Assembly: GCF_009914755.1 (NCBI RefSeq)
Contig: NC_060930.1
Reading direction: 5' to 3' (one strand)
Source: the human T2T-CHM13v2.0 reference genome, Homo sapiens
DNA: 64,000 nt
Shown: one piece after another, positions 39,490 to 54,779 of the stretch
Numbering within the stretch: position 1 is the stretch's first letter
How the letters are laid out: the number at the start of each line of letters is the position of its first letter
The notes under the pieces: generated by a model
Databases searched by the model: none
Seen by the model: only the letters and a program-made list of their open reading frames with translations
Told to the model about the DNA's origin: nothing
Translations under genes and position numbers: made by a program

Positions 39490-39655
39490 TGAGTCACAAC
39501 AGGGGTTGCCTATGGGGAGAGGATTGATTGGAAGGAGACACAAGGGAACTTCATTGCCATGTGGCTCACCCGGGTGTAGACATTTGTAAAAACTCACTGA
39601 ATTGTACACTTAGAGCTGTGTGTCCCACTGTATGTAATTTCATTTCAATAAAAAG
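39490..39655 (+). mobile_element. L1ME/L1MC extreme 3' end
   Basis: catttgtaaaaactcactgaattgtacacttag...ctgtatgtaa...caataaaaa. Confidence 0.65.
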
Positions 39656-40422
39656 AAATAATGTATGTTTAAAGAATCAAGCCTGGAAAACACAAAAACA
39701 CGCAAAGAAAATATCCACACAGTATTCATGCAAGTTAAGATTTCTAAAGCTGGAGTTTTATTGTACTTAAAAAATTTCTTTCTGATGCAAAGACTACATG
39801 TTCCTTGTTTAAGAAATCAAGTAGCTTTTCCACTCAGCAATGTTTCATGTGACCTTTCCACATCCGTAGGTAGAAAACCATAGCATTATTTTTAGTGGAT
39901 AACATAATTTATTTAACCAACTGCCTCAAGTTTATTGCTATTTTAAACAATGTTTTGATAAAAATCCATGTATGTATCTTTAAATATTTTCCTAGATATT
40001 TTTTAGGCTAATTCTTGGAAATGCTATGTCAAGTGACGTGAACCTTTGCAAAGATCATTGGCGCATATTAACAAGAGCCTTTAGTTCATGCTGTCATTAG
40101 CAGATGCCTGGAGTGCCTCGCCCACAGAGAACATTGAACATTATAATCCTAGTCAATTTCCAAGCTGGTATTTCTTAGATTACTGGTGAAATAATCATTT
40201 TCCTCATCTACTGAATGGCTATTTGGGTTTTTCCCTTAGTAAATTGACATCTAACAACATCCTTAGACTCTATTATAATTTCCAATATTTTTAATATTTA
40301 TTTGTAAGAACTCTTATACAGCAATGTGTCTCTTCATTTCCTTTCAGACACTGTAATTCCCCCACCTCCCCGCCCCAATTCGTCATTTGTCTAACTCTGT
40401 GAATGCTGGGTAGGTCAGCCAC

Positions 40423-40900
40423 TGTTGGTTAGCTAACCCAGAGCCCACTGCCAATCCCATTCTCCACTGCCTGACTTTCTCTTCCGAGACTGCAAAGGGA
40501 AATCTTAGTTTTCCTACTTTTTCTTGTATCTCCGAGAGGCCTTATGATGTAGATCTAACAATTAAGATATAAGCAGAAGTCAAGGCTGGCGAGAGTTCTG
40601 AGAATGGTTTTGCTCCTTATAAAAAGTTATGGCTGGTGCTGTTCCCCTCCACTTATTCCTGTCTTGAATGTGGATTTAATGGCTGGAGCTGTGGCAGCCA
40701 TCTTGCAATATGAGATGACAGTGGGAGCATGAAAGGCCCACACATAAGGGATGGTGGAGAGGAAAATGGAAAGAATTTGTGTCAGTGAGTTGCTGTACCA
40801 AACCTGTAACCACTTACCTCCCACTTTTTGTGATGTGAGATAATGAAATATCTTTACTACTTAAACCACTGGTTGTCCAGTAGCTCACTTGCAGCCAAAA
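40423..40900 (+). mobile_element. MLT1J-like LTR
   Basis: gatataagcagaagtc...atggctggagctgtggcagccatcttg...cttgcagccaaaag. Confidence 0.75.
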
Positions 40901-40959
40901 GTGAGTTTGTTTTTGTTTCATTGTTATATTTAGGGTGGAAGGAGAAATGACTGGCATAC

Positions 40960-42850
40960 ATGAATTTGAGAATTTTATGTAACTAATCTGTTAATCTTGT
41001 CTCTGTGGTTTATGACACAGAAAGTACTGTTGTAGTTTATCAGTTTTACATCTAATTTATTAATCCATCTGGGATTTATTTTTGTATATGAAGAAAGAAT
41101 CTAATTTTATTTTTCCCCAATGGGTTAATTGGTGGTTTCCACCCTATTTAGCTGTTGTCTTCTTTATATGTTAAATTCTATGTTTAGTCTGTATTTAGGT
41201 CTGATTTTGGATACCACTCCATTTTAAGACCATGTGCCTTTCAAATAAACCAAAAAACTAAAAACTAAAACACTAAGCTGTGTGATTGCATTTCATTTTC
41301 AAGACAAACTTTACAAATTACAAGTTAAGTTTCCCCAACTCCCTCTTCTCATTAAGAATGAAACAAGAATAAAAAACAAAACTTTCAACACATTGGGATT
41401 TTGATTGGAATTATATTAAATTTGTAGATTAACTGTAGAGAATTTTATATTTCCAATGTGTTTCTAAGAATATTTATCACTCAATTTATTTGTCTTTAAA
41501 AAAATCTCTCAGTAAAATCCTGCTGTTTCCTTCACAAAGATTCTTATTTTTCTGTTTAAATTTACTCCCATAATTTATACTTTGGTTGATATTTTGAGTG
41601 CATTTTTCCTTGTTTATTTTATAACTGATTATTGTCAGTCTACAGGACAAGTATTGAAGTCATTTATTTACACATTGCAACAGTGTCTAAGTTGATTTCC
41701 TTAGGTTAACCGGGAGACAGTCACATCATTTGAAAATAATGATGCATTTATTTTTTCTCTTCCACTGCTATCTTCTATTTCTTTTTCCTGTCTTGATGCA
41801 TTAGTTAGGCTATCTAGGATGACACTTAATCCTAGCATTGGTAGTAAAAATCTTGTTTGCCCTTGATTTTACAGGGAATGAATGTTATTTCAGTAAGTTA
41901 AATGCTTATTAATTATTTCAAATAAATGTTGCATATTATATTAAATAAGTGCTATTATACTCCTAGATATTTACTAACAAAATTTTTTAATACTCTGCTA
42001 ATTATCAGCTATGGAGGCTGAATTTCATCAAATCCAGATTGTAAATATTTATATTACTTTTTTCCTCATATCATCTCCTTTGAGAATAATTCTTAATTTT
42101 TGTATTTGGGTTAATTTAGCATATTTATATTTACAACCATGTTTAGGCTTACCTCTATTTTAACTAATTTCAGTGTTCATTGCAAATCTTTTTATATCTT
42201 CATTCTTGAGCTCTTAATTCTACCTCATTTCTTAGTTGGTTAAAATACATAATGGTTTGTTTTCCAAGCTCTTGTATGCATGCATAAGACTATCTATTAT
42301 CTTCACATGTAGTAACAACTTGACTGGTTGTCAATTCATGCGTCAAAATTTTTCTTTCAGAACTCAGTTTTTCTTTTATTACATAGTATTTGTAGATTCT
42401 GAGTCTAGCCTGATTTTTCTCTGATAGGTTTGATTATAGCTTTTTCCAGCCAGAAAGACAAGAGGACTCTTTATTTTCCTTGTTAAATATTTTCCAGGAT
42501 ATACATGACCAGGTTTGGTCCATCCTACCATATGATGATATGATGATCTCTATTAATCTATATAAAAGATACAGGTGTTTTCTTCATCTTGGGAGATTCT
42601 CTCTCTCTCTCTCTCTCTCTCTCCTGTTTCATTTGTTCTGGTTTTTCCCTCCAGAATATATACATTGGCTCATTCAACATCCACTTTTCTCCATAAACAT
42701 CATCTTATTCCATATATTTTCTTTCTTTGTTTTATTCTTTCTGTGTTCTAAGGAAACAACTCGAGTTTGACCACCACATTATTGATTTGATTTTTGGGAA
42801 TATCACTTATGCTTCCTACTGCCTTACACACAGATTTTACTTCTGCTTTT
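40960..42850 (-). mobile_element. Ancient L1ME ORF2/ORF1 remnants
   Basis: taatccatctgggatttatttttgtatatg; ttgggattttgattggaattatattaaatttgtagatt; boundaries approximate. Confidence 0.6.
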
Positions 42851-43679
42851 GTGGGTTTGGCCTCCTGGTCATCCTTCCTAAATTGCATCCTCTCCTTCCT
42901 CCCTTCCTCTGGAGTTCCCTCCCACTGCCCTTCATCCCAGCCTGTGCCCTCCTCACACAGTTCTGCTAGCTTTCGCACAGGGAATGCCTTCTCATGTTTA
43001 AGTTTGGATTTGCTTTGTTTTAATCCTTCCCCTTACTTTATCACTTAAAACACTGTGAGACAATTTCTAGCTACAGAAAGACTGACACACAATAATGTCA
43101 GGGGCATAAGATGCTCATTAATTGTGAGCTTTAGCTTTTCGTGGTAGAGATTCTGATGTTATTTTCCTCTAGCATTTATACAAACTTAGTAGTTCTTTAA
43201 GGTTGCAGAATCTCAAAACAATGAACTGTATCAGAGATAAAGATATGTAGAGCCAGAAAGATATGATGAAATGATGAAATAATAAAGCCAGAAGTACTTG
43301 GAGGTTATAATTGAGCTAAACACATTTTTTACTCAGTAATATATATTAGCAAATTACCCTATGATTTATATCAGTGGAAAGTTTCTCGCTCTTACTGTTG
43401 AAATTTTTGTTGTGAAAACCCTGAGAGCATTTAAAGTTGACGGAAACACCAGAAGCCACATTTTTGGAAAAAAATTAAATGTTAAATAAATTAGCTCTTG
43501 GATTTAAATATCATCATTTACATCATATTAATCTAATTTCTTGATTTTATAAAATGATACATTTTATACACATTAAGATACACATTAATCATACATTTTA
43601 TATACATTAAGATACGTTTTTATCTTAATGTGTCATTTAAACTACAAGGTACCTTGCCCTTCTAAGTTGCAGAGGTTAG

Positions 43680-43890
43680 GGGATGTGGTGGGTAAAAATA
43701 CCAAACAGGAAGCAAAAGAATGTGGACTCTTCTACTTCTGGCAGTTAATAGCTGTGCAACCTTGGATGTTATTCTCTCTCTCACTCCCCATCATAAAACT
43801 GGCGCTAATAAAGCTTAGCTGACCTATCCCACGGTTCGGTGAGAATTAAATGAAATGTCTGTGAAGGTTTTTATTAAGCTGGCAAGTTCC
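43680..43890 (+). mobile_element. MIR SINE
   Basis: tagctgtgcaaccttggatgtta...gtgagaattaaatgaaatg. Confidence 0.6.
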
Positions 43891-44214
43891 ATGCTTATTT
43901 AAAAGATTATAATTCCACCACACTGCTTTTATTCCACTTTGAAAAGCCTTTAGCACACATTATTATTCAAAAAGTAGCAGTTGATATAGTATAGAATTTT
44001 GAATGTAATGCAAGAGAAATGCAACTGTCATGACAATTTAATTTAAGATTTGCAATCCTTATTCTTGTTTTGGAAGACAGCGGTAAGTGTAGACAGATAT
44101 TTAATGTCATGAACCTCTAGATAAAGGAAGAAAGGTATGTATTAATTTAATTATTTCAATAATCATAGGCATTCCTCTTTTTACTTTTACTATTCACATA
44201 TAATTATTTTTTGA

Positions 44215-45520
44215 AAACTTTTCATTATTTTCACCAAAGTAGTTCAATACAGAATAGTATAATATATCCCCATATGTCCATATGCTTTAAATTCTTAAAT
44301 AATTAACTCGTGAACAATGTTGTTTCATTTTAACCGCCCCTAGGTACTCTACTCTTATACTAATTTGAAGCAAATCCTAGAGACCTTATCACTTAATCTG
44401 TAAATATTTCAGTATGTGTCACTAAAAGGATAAATTCTTTCCCTCCCCCAACATAATCACAATACCACAATCACATCTGTAAACAATCAAAGATAGTTTC
44501 TTAACAGGCCATCACATGTCCAGTCATATTTGAATTTCCAGTTGACTCATACATTTCATAATTTTATTTCCTTTTATGGTTTATTTGCTTCAGTCAAGAT
44601 CTAAATGAAGCCCACGCCTGTGATTCGTTGTTATGTCTCAGGTCTTTTTCAATCTAAAGGTCCTTCTTGCATTTTATTTCTGGTGGAAGCCACATTGCTG
44701 TCCTGTAGCATCTCCCCTGACCAGAGTGCTGATGGCATCCCCATGGTGGCTTCCCATGTCCCTCTGTACTTCCTCTCTCTTGGTAGTTGTATCTAGAGGC
44801 CTGTTCAGATTCAGGTCCTTTTTTCCAGCAGAGAATGAGGAGTGGGAAATATTTCACAGGTGGTGCTGTATTCTTCCATCAGGATATATAATATCTGGCG
44901 TGCGCTCTCTCTCTCTCTTTCTCTCTCTCTCATAGTAGCAATTGTTATTGCTCAATGCATCTATTCATTAGTCCACAAGGAGCTGCAAAATGGTTATTTT
45001 CTGTCACGCCTCCTTCATTTCTTAGCTAGAATGCTCCTGTAAAGAAAAACTTCCCCTCATTTGCTGTTTGGTTACCAGTAGTATAGTTTGCATAGGAAAG
45101 GTGAATAAATGGCTGTCTCTTTCCCCTTATTTACCCATTTTCAAAAAATAAGTTGGTCATCAGCATCCCCCAATAGTGACTAGTTAGATTTTTGGTGTGT
45201 GGTTTTTTTAAAAAAAAAAATCAATTATAAACTCACAGTTGTTTTGGTCCGTTGAAACTATTGTGTGCATAATGTTCGAATGGTCCCCATCTTTGGGGTG
45301 TTTGAGGCCATTGGGAGCCTCGTCAGGCTGGTGTGTGAGTCCTAGTGATCTTTGACAGTGTCCTGGGGGTCCAGTCTCACCTTTGACATTCTCTACCTCA
45401 GACCTAGAGTCACCCACTTCTCCAAGGCTCCCCATGGATTTTCATTTTATTGGTTTTGTGGGAAATAGTACTTCATAGCCATAATCTGGGTGTTGTTCTA
45501 AGACATTTCAGTGCACAGAA
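44215..45520 (-). mobile_element. L1MC4/L1MC5-type 3' region
   Basis: ttgaagcaaatcctaga...ctgtaaatatttcagtatgt...acataatcacaatacca; ctagaggcctgttcagattcagg. Confidence 0.7.
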
Positions 45521-46636
45521 CTAGGGAAAAGTATATATAAATTTACATCTATAATATTATAAAAGTATATATACTTTATATATATAATTATATATACAAA
45601 AAGTGTATATATATACACACACATATGTATCTCAAATACATGTATCATTTTCAAATTATTAATTAACAAACGTAAGGCAATTAACAAACCTAGGTAAGGC
45701 ATAGATAATAAACGATTTTCAATTACGTAGTTATGTACTAAATCCTGTGGGGCTTTTGGAAGAACAAAAGCAATTACAATTCTGATGGTCTGACGCAGCA
45801 AACTTGTAGCATTGTCTTTGTAAATTTTTACAGATATTACACATATCTGTCTCTACAGGAACATCTCTAGTTTCAGAAGTCCCTGCCCTATTTGTTCCCC
45901 AGAAAAGAAGGGAATATAGACTTATGCTCTTTCTATCCATGTGTTGAAATTAAGTTGCTTTGCTTGTTTATTGTGAGAGCACAGAAAAGTAGATAAAAGC
46001 AAATGAGCTTCTGCTACTAAAAGGTTTTCCCATGCTAATGAAAAAGATGATGAAATGAAAAAGTAATGATTGTGGCTTTATTGAAAATAACATGGCCAGG
46101 CACTTGGATGTTAGCAGTTTTGTGTATGCAAATATATTTTTACTAACTAGTGTTGCTCCTTTAAATAGCCATTTTGCATTGTTGTTGATGAAGCAAAAGA
46201 CTGGTGATGACCAGTTGTAATCTTTTCTGATGTTTCTAGAGGAGTATGGCACATCCCAACAGGGAAAAGTTCAGGCAACCAAGTTTTCATAGTTACACCA
46301 CATATTTTACTAAATGAGCTTCCGGAAGAAACATGTACTTTGATTTGAACGACCACCTGGAAGCCACTCTCAAAGAATGTTGATGATCCCCCTCTAGCCT
46401 GGAAGGACAATGCATATACCACTTCTATTCATACCACCATACCATGTATTGTGGTTCCAAACTTTGATTTTTCCCTGACCTCAGAGGACTTTCTCTCTTC
46501 TACCAAAATGAGGATAACTGCAATGCTGGAAAGATTAATGCATTGTTTTCTCCTAGATGATTAAAAAGGCGTTGGTCAGTACATGAACTATGGTCAAAAC
46601 ATATTGTGTTTTAGAAAATATAATCAAGATAATATC

Positions 46637-46979
46637 TGTTTTAGTTCAGACTGCCATAACAAAGTATCATGGACTGGGTGGCTTCTAAACAACAGAAACC
46701 TATTTCTCATAGTTCTGGAAGATAGAAGTTGGAGATAAAGGAGCCAGCATGTTAGGGTTCTGATGAGGGCACTCTTCCAGGCTGCAGACAGCTGCCTTCT
46801 TCCTGTGTCCTCATGTGGCAGAAATAGTGTCCTTTAAGAAGGGCACTAATCTCATTCACAAGGGCCCCATCCTCATGACCTCATCACCTTCCAAAGGCCC
46901 CACCTCCTAATATCATCATCTTGGGGGTTAGAATTTCAACATATGGATTTTGGGGGACACAAACATTCAGTCCATTGCA
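46637..46979 (-). mobile_element. MSTD/MLT1A-type LTR
   Basis: gccataacaaagtatcat...aagggcactaatctcattca...caaaggccccacctcctaata...acattcagtccattgca. Confidence 0.85.
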
Positions 46980-47238
46980 ATAATCAGTTATGATCAATAA
47001 AGTTATTAACAAGGTAAAGCTTACAATTATGCTTTTGATGAAATTATACCTCTTAGAGAAAACTGACAACTTAAGGTTGTGTTTATTATTGCATTTTGTT
47101 TCCTTGATTTTATTTCTCTTAGTAAAAAGTATAACATTCAAACTTGATAGTGCCATATACACACAATTTTTTCTCTAATTTTTCACTGGGATTCAAGATA
47201 ATAAAGAACACACACTTGGCTGCTAGAAAGCTGCAGTT

Positions 47239-47638
<400 letters not shown>

Positions 47639-47866
47639 TCAACTAAATATTTGCAACAAAAACATACCTTTTATTTCAGCTGAGAAATGGGAAGCGTGGC
47701 CTACAGTGTTAGCCGTGGGGCCCTGGGGCAAGTTGCTTCGCTTCTCCCTCAGGTCCAGGATTCATATCTGCGGAAGATGGGCTGGGCCAGGTGGCCAGGA
47801 GATCCCATGGGTCTGTGTGCTACAGGGCCTATGTGTTTCCAAAATATGGTCCTTTGTTTTTAAAAA

Positions 47867-48026
47867 AGCCAGGTGTGGTGGCTCGTGCCTGTAGTCCCAG
47901 CTACTTAGGAGGCTGAGGTGGGATAAGGCTGAGGTGGGATAACTGCTTGAGCTCAGAAGTTTGAGTCCAGCCTGGGTAACATAGTAAGACTCCATCTCAA
48001 AAAAATAAAATAAAATAAGTAAAAAG
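47867..48026 (+). mobile_element. Alu monomer (FLAM-like) with an internal 15-bp tandem duplication
   Basis: aggctgaggtgggata occurs twice; A tail. Confidence 0.82.
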
Positions 48027-49269
48027 GGGCTGCCTGGTTACCTAACTATGGGAGTGCCTCCCACTGCATCTCCCATTTTGGAAGTTCCCAATGCATGCTC
48101 TCATCTTAAGTCTCTGAGAAGGACTACCTAAAAGAAACATAGTTAACCTTATTTAATCCAGAGTTTCCCAAACTTGTTAGATTCTGGACTCTTTTCTCCA
48201 GGTAATATCGTTGAACACCCCACAAAACTAGTGTTCTGCAGCAGTATGCTTTGGGGACACTACCTTACAGCATTGGGTATACAGTAGGCACCCCGCGAAC
48301 ATGTATTTATGGGCTTTGGTCTCATGCCCATGTAGAGCACTAGAACTCTTGGACTCCTCTGCTACTAAATCTACCAATGCACCTGTTTTCCAGTTAGGCC
48401 CCCGAGTCTAAAGAGGGACAGAAGATATTACTACCCACCAAGCTGGAGGATGGGGCGAGGGAAAGCCACAGTGGATCCACACTCCAGGCAAGAGAGTGCC
48501 GGTGGGAAAGGGAGATCCTAGGCTGCGGCAAGGTGGGCGTGCTCAGCATGATAGCAAGAGGCCGGCGCTAGGGGCCCACCATGGGGTCATCTCCCCACAC
48601 AACACCCCCGCAAATATCTGTAGGGTTCACACACAGGTAAGTTTTATAGTCACATGTTGTTGAAATTTAGGCCAAGAAAGGCATCAGTCCTGCAGATGAG
48701 AAAAGAGATTCCACCTGGGCCTTGTTTTCCTAGAAATGAGGATGAGAACCATCCCACGGGGTGGATTTAGAGGACACAGAACAAGAAGGAGCATAACCAG
48801 TCCTGTGGTTCAAGCCTGCGTTTTGCAGATGGAGCCCTTGAAGCTGCATGGTTAAGTGGTGAAGCAGCTCTTCTGGTCAATGAACGCCAAGTCTGAAACA
48901 CGGGCTCGGGCTTCTGACTCCATGTCAGGGCGTTTCCACGGCCGGCTCCACAGGAGGCTGCGTGACAGGGGAAAGGGAGACAGGCGGTGACCCACAGGCA
49001 GTCCAGTGTCGCTTCTTTGGCTTCTTTTTCTTCTTCATATTTCCATAGTCTTAGATGGTTACTCATTTTATTTTTAATCTACTCATACTTTATTCTTTGA
49101 AGGCATTCTTTAGTGAACCGATATTTTTTAATGCCCAGAAGTGGAAAAAAATTAATTTTTCTATTGTTCCCCACCCAGGCTTAAGTCCAAGACTATTAAT
49201 TTAAATCACTGGCTTCTACAGGTAATGTACAAGGATAATTCTTTACAGATATTTACAGGAAAACATCCG

Positions 49270-49920
49270 CTCATTCAATGAATGTGTGCCAGGCACTGTT
49301 CTAGCCTCTGGGATTCATTATGAATAAAACAACAAAATCTCTCATCTTTGTGAAATGAACGCTCTAGTACAAAATGATGGCTGTAAACAATACGTATAAC
49401 AAAGAAGTAAATCATCTTGTATGTTAGAACTGGGCTTTCCAGACCTTAGTGTACCTGAAGACCAGCTGGGAACCTTGGTAAAATGCAGATCCCGGCTCAG
49501 CAGGTCTGCGGTGACCGAGGCTGTGCAGCTCTGACCAGCTCCTGGTGATGCTATCTTGTCTGTCTGTGGTTCTCTCCCCACATTTTCAATAACAAAAACT
49601 TGGAAGTTGTCTGTAATAGGTAAGGGAGATTGCAAGGGAGAAGAAGAGCAAAGATTTGGGGGAGACGTGCTACAAGGGTATCCTGGAATGGGGTCCAAAG
49701 CTTCCAGGCTGAAAGCACTGCTGGGGCAAAGACTCTGAGGGGAGGGCATGACTGATGTGTTGGAGAAATGGCCAGGAGGCCAGTGTGGTGGCAGTGGTGT
49801 GAGCGACGGGGGAGCAGGGGGTGAGAGGACAGCAGTAAGGAGCAGTACTAGGAAACCACATGGGGTAGGGATGTGCAGCCCACAGCCAAAGCTTTGGTTT
49901 TACTCTGAAGGAAGTGGGAA
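49270..49920 (-). mobile_element. L2 3' region with a MER5-type insert (about 49430-49610)
   Basis: tgtgccaggcactgttctag...; tggccaggaggccagtgtgg; ttggtaaaatgcagat. Confidence 0.65.
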
Positions 49921-49939
49921 GGCATGAACAATGTGGGCA

Positions 49940-50795
<856 letters not shown>

Positions 50796-53160
50796 GTTTT
50801 AAAAATGATGTGAGCTGAGGAATGACGTGCCCAACTTCCACCTTACCAATACCCCTTTGACTGGTTGTTAAAAACAGACTGCTTTGGGCAAGGGTGGAAG
50901 AAAATCCAGTTAGAAGGGCAACTTCTGCATGGCTGGGATTGTCTTTCTTTTGCCATTATTTTTGCATAATAATTTATGTAGGTATAGAATTGTGGGTTTA
51001 GAGTTACTTTCTCTTGAGTACTTTAAATATTTTTTTCATTAACTTCTAGCATCTGTTGTTTCTAATGAGAAAACTGAATGAGACAGTTTGAAATGTATTT
51101 GCCAGAAGAAAATTACTACTGTCTACTGGCTTGGTGTTTCCAATTAATAAGTAGATATTAATGTGACTCAGCAAATTGCTGTATGTCAGGAGGTTTCCTT
51201 CTTTATTGTACATAAAGATCATTAACGTACATATTTTAACATTTTGTATGAAACTTTCAACTTTTCTGACCATTTTTAATTGTATTTTTTTAATTCTTTT
51301 CATTTTAAGTCCTTTGAGATAGATAGCATTTGTTTCATCATTTTCTTTTAAACCATGAGGAAATTAACTGACTCATCGGAGATTGTTTATCCAGTTAGTG
51401 TTCATCCAGTTAGTGGCAGAGCCAACACAAATGATCAGGTCTTGTAGCTCCTGTCTGTACCATCTTTCCCGAAGACTCAGGTTATACAAGATCAGGCCTT
51501 GTCCTACGTGCTTCAGTGTTCTTCCTTTGATGCTGACACCAACAAAAAGTGTTGTGTAAGACCAGCACTCTGCTTCCTGCCATGAGTTGTGATTATGATT
51601 TCATCACAAAATATTTGACCTCCCCATTCATCATCTTGGATTAAGTCACTTCATGTTTCGTAATTCTCTTTTGTCATCTAAGACATAACAATATGAGTAA
51701 CCTACCTATTCTGTGAACTACAGAGTCGTTGTAAGTGCAAAGGAGTTGGTAGTCATCTGACCAGCATGTGTAGACTATTCCTTCACATTCCCTCACCCCC
51801 ACACATAGGTAATCGCAGTTTCTGAGGGTCAATCTCACACTTGCTCCTGCAATTTTGCTGTGTACCACTGCCCCCAAAGCTGCCCCGCCATGTGCAACAG
51901 ACCCTCCCAGGGCTCTGTTGGGTACCAGTAAGGCACCTCTTCCAGAGCCCACTAACGCAGTGGGGGCCCCGGGGTTTTACCAACTGGTCCACTTGGCCCT
52001 ATTATTTCTCTTCATTCTTTGTGAGCCATGTGGCTCCTCACTGGTGGCTGCTGCTAATATTTTAGACCCACCATTTGTGTCCTACACCTTCGAAACTGCA
52101 GGAAAGTCTCCGGGGGAGTGGGGGCAACGGGCTCTCCCCCCCGCACCCCATTAATCGTATCTTGCTGGAAGGGGCTGCAAAGCGGTGCTTAGGGAAACCT
52201 CTATTTCCACCGATAACCCTTTCCCTCAAAAATACATACTCCTTATTTTGCTGATGATGAAAACCAAGTTTCAGGTTGTTGAAGAGATTTGCCTTAGATT
52301 TCCTCTTGAGAAGACAGTAGACGGGAAATAAATCCAGCCGGAAACCCATTCAACTAACCAACACTGCCTCTTTGCATGTTTGTGCATGTAGGTAAATACA
52401 TCCGTAGATTTATTTAAAGCATGTGTAAAAGCTAAGGCATATTACCTGTAGCGGTTGGTATTCTTGTAACACATTATAACACAAGGCAGCCAGAATTATT
52501 TTAATGCCATTTAATTCAAAACAAAATTGTTTAATAGGTGATTCAGTTTTATTAGGCTGATTAGCAATAATTTGCAAAAACTGTTTAAACAAGTCATGGA
52601 AAATAAAATGAAAATTTAATTAGCACCAGTGTCAAGGGTAAAAAAGCAATTAATATTAAACACTAATGTGAAGATACTGTTCTTTTGTTTTTAATTATTC
52701 AATACCACACTGAGCAGATTTTGATTATTTTTTCTTTCTGAGAAAATAAAAGGCTTTTAAAATTATACTTAATATTAGCTGTACTAACTATAAATGGTGA
52801 AACCAAAAGACTTATTTTTATTGTCAGGAAATCTAATAGTACTACTAAGAGGTCACGTAGCAATTTTAAATTTTTAAAATATTTGGCAACAGAAATCACC
52901 TGAAACTTAAAATAACCGTATGCCTTTCAGAGCTCTTTGACTTTGGAGTTTAACAAAGGGATAATCGAAACAAACCATTAATTTTCCAGAGTGGTGAAGG
53001 ACAGTTATGTTGGAACATGGGCTTTTCAAGCTCGGGTGTTTTCTCGCATGGTGTTATTAGCAGAATTTAAAGAGAAGGTGCAGCCTACAGATTAAAGAAC
53101 AGGCTCAAGAGACCTGATGCTTCCTTTCTCACATGTGGAACCTTTGTTGCACTCGCTGAA

Positions 53161-53321
53161 CAGGTTTCTCAATGTGCAGCCCACAGACCATTAAAACCAG
53201 AACCTTCTAGACAGGTTGAGAATTCAGATTCTTGACCTATAGAGCGACTGAAGGGCCAGGGAATATTCATTTTAAAAGCCACTTACGGTGCTTCTCATCC
53301 ATTCTGGAGTGTAAGAACCCC
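53161..53321. mobile_element. MER5-type DNA transposon relic
   Basis: caggtttctcaatgtg...cagattctt...cattttaaaagc...gagtgtaagaacc. Confidence 0.55.
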
Positions 53322-53884
53322 AGTCACAGAGGCATACTTGCTCAAAATGTCACAGGAAACCCATAGTGAGATGTAGCAACAGCTGGAGGAGGCAGAGTCA
53401 TGGTTTTAGGCAGACATTGCAGAACACCTGATGTATATTCTGGATTGATCCAATGCTCAGTCTTGGGTGTGGGTACAGTTCAGCAATCTGCAGTATTAGG
53501 TAATTGCTTTTAAAGATTTCTCTGCAGTGCAATTTCTCCATCTGGAAACAAAAGCCATGCACATAAGTATCACAATTCAGACCCTGAGGCCCTCAGATAA
53601 AACACACCATGCAGTCACTGAGGACTGTGCTATCATCACACGCACCAAACCTAGAGAAAACCTCCAACAGACTCGCTCACTCACCAAATGGCCCGGTCAA
53701 CAAATTTGGGTGGATAGGCCCTGTGGAGGTTCAGGAAGATTCAGCAGTAAGACATTTTTCTTCTCCTCTTTTTTTCCCCCTTATACTAACTGAAAAACTA
53801 CTTAATTAAATCCGACTTAGTATTCACTAAGAGCTTAGCACTTAATTCAAATGCTTCATTTATCTTAGGAAGCAATAGCCAATA

Positions 53885-54110
53885 ATAATAATAATGACAG
53901 CTCACATTGCTTGCATACTGGACACTGTGCGAAGTATTTTACTTACATCGTCTGTATCATCTTCACAACCCCATGGGGAAGGTGTCCTAATTAACTATAT
54001 TTTGCAGATAAGGAAATGGAGGCTTGAGAAGTTACATATCACGGTCACAGATTTTGTAAGACGCAGAACCACGGCTGGACCCCACGCCTGTCTGACCTCA
54101 CAGCTTACCC
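53885..54110 (-). mobile_element. MIR SINE
   Basis: attttgcagataaggaaatggaggcttgagaagtta. Confidence 0.72.
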
Positions 54111-54779
54111 TCATTGTACTGCCTTTGACACAACTAAGAATGAAGTGGCTTGCCAGGTGCTGTGGGATTCCATTTGTAAAAATATGTTTTCATTTAACAC
54201 ATGTTTACAGAGAATCTGCTATGTGCATGTGGGGCAAAGCCCAATAAATAAATTCGGTTATTGAACCGAATGGGACTGAATTACAGTTCAAAAATCCAGA
54301 AATCCGTCGAACATGAAGCCCTGTCCTTCAGGCACAGCCCGGCCACAAGCCAGGATAGAAAGAGGAACTATAACTGTACTTAAGTGACTGTCCTCCAAGG
54401 CTGAAACATGCCACAGAAATTTGACAAATCGATAAGCTATGAAGGTCTGGTAGAGTGAGAAGGTAAGTCTGACCCTCGAACTGTGCTTGACACTATGACA
54501 AATACAAGATGATCTGTTGGAAACATTGGCATAAACTACTTAAATATCTAACCGTAGAGGATAATTAGATACCTTGCTGTTATGAATCCATAACTGTATA
54601 TTCGCCAACTATGAAAAATAATGCTACATCGGAAAACAAGGTCTATTGGTGTGGAAAGATGTATATCCTGTGAGAGTGAGAAACAAAAAACAGACAAAGT
54701 GAAAAATCAGGTGACAATAGAGGATGTACACAATGTATACATTATCTTAATTTTGGAAAATCACAGATATAGATAAAGG

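Noticed and set aside
51674-52154. Cys/Trp-containing ORFs resembling a thrombospondin-type repeat
   Set aside because: The WxxW/CSxTCG spacing is absent and there are no clear exon boundaries
54251-54270. attcggtt-attg-aaccgaat perfect 8-bp hairpin
   Set aside because: Too short for a miRNA or a transposon end; expected by chance in 64 kb
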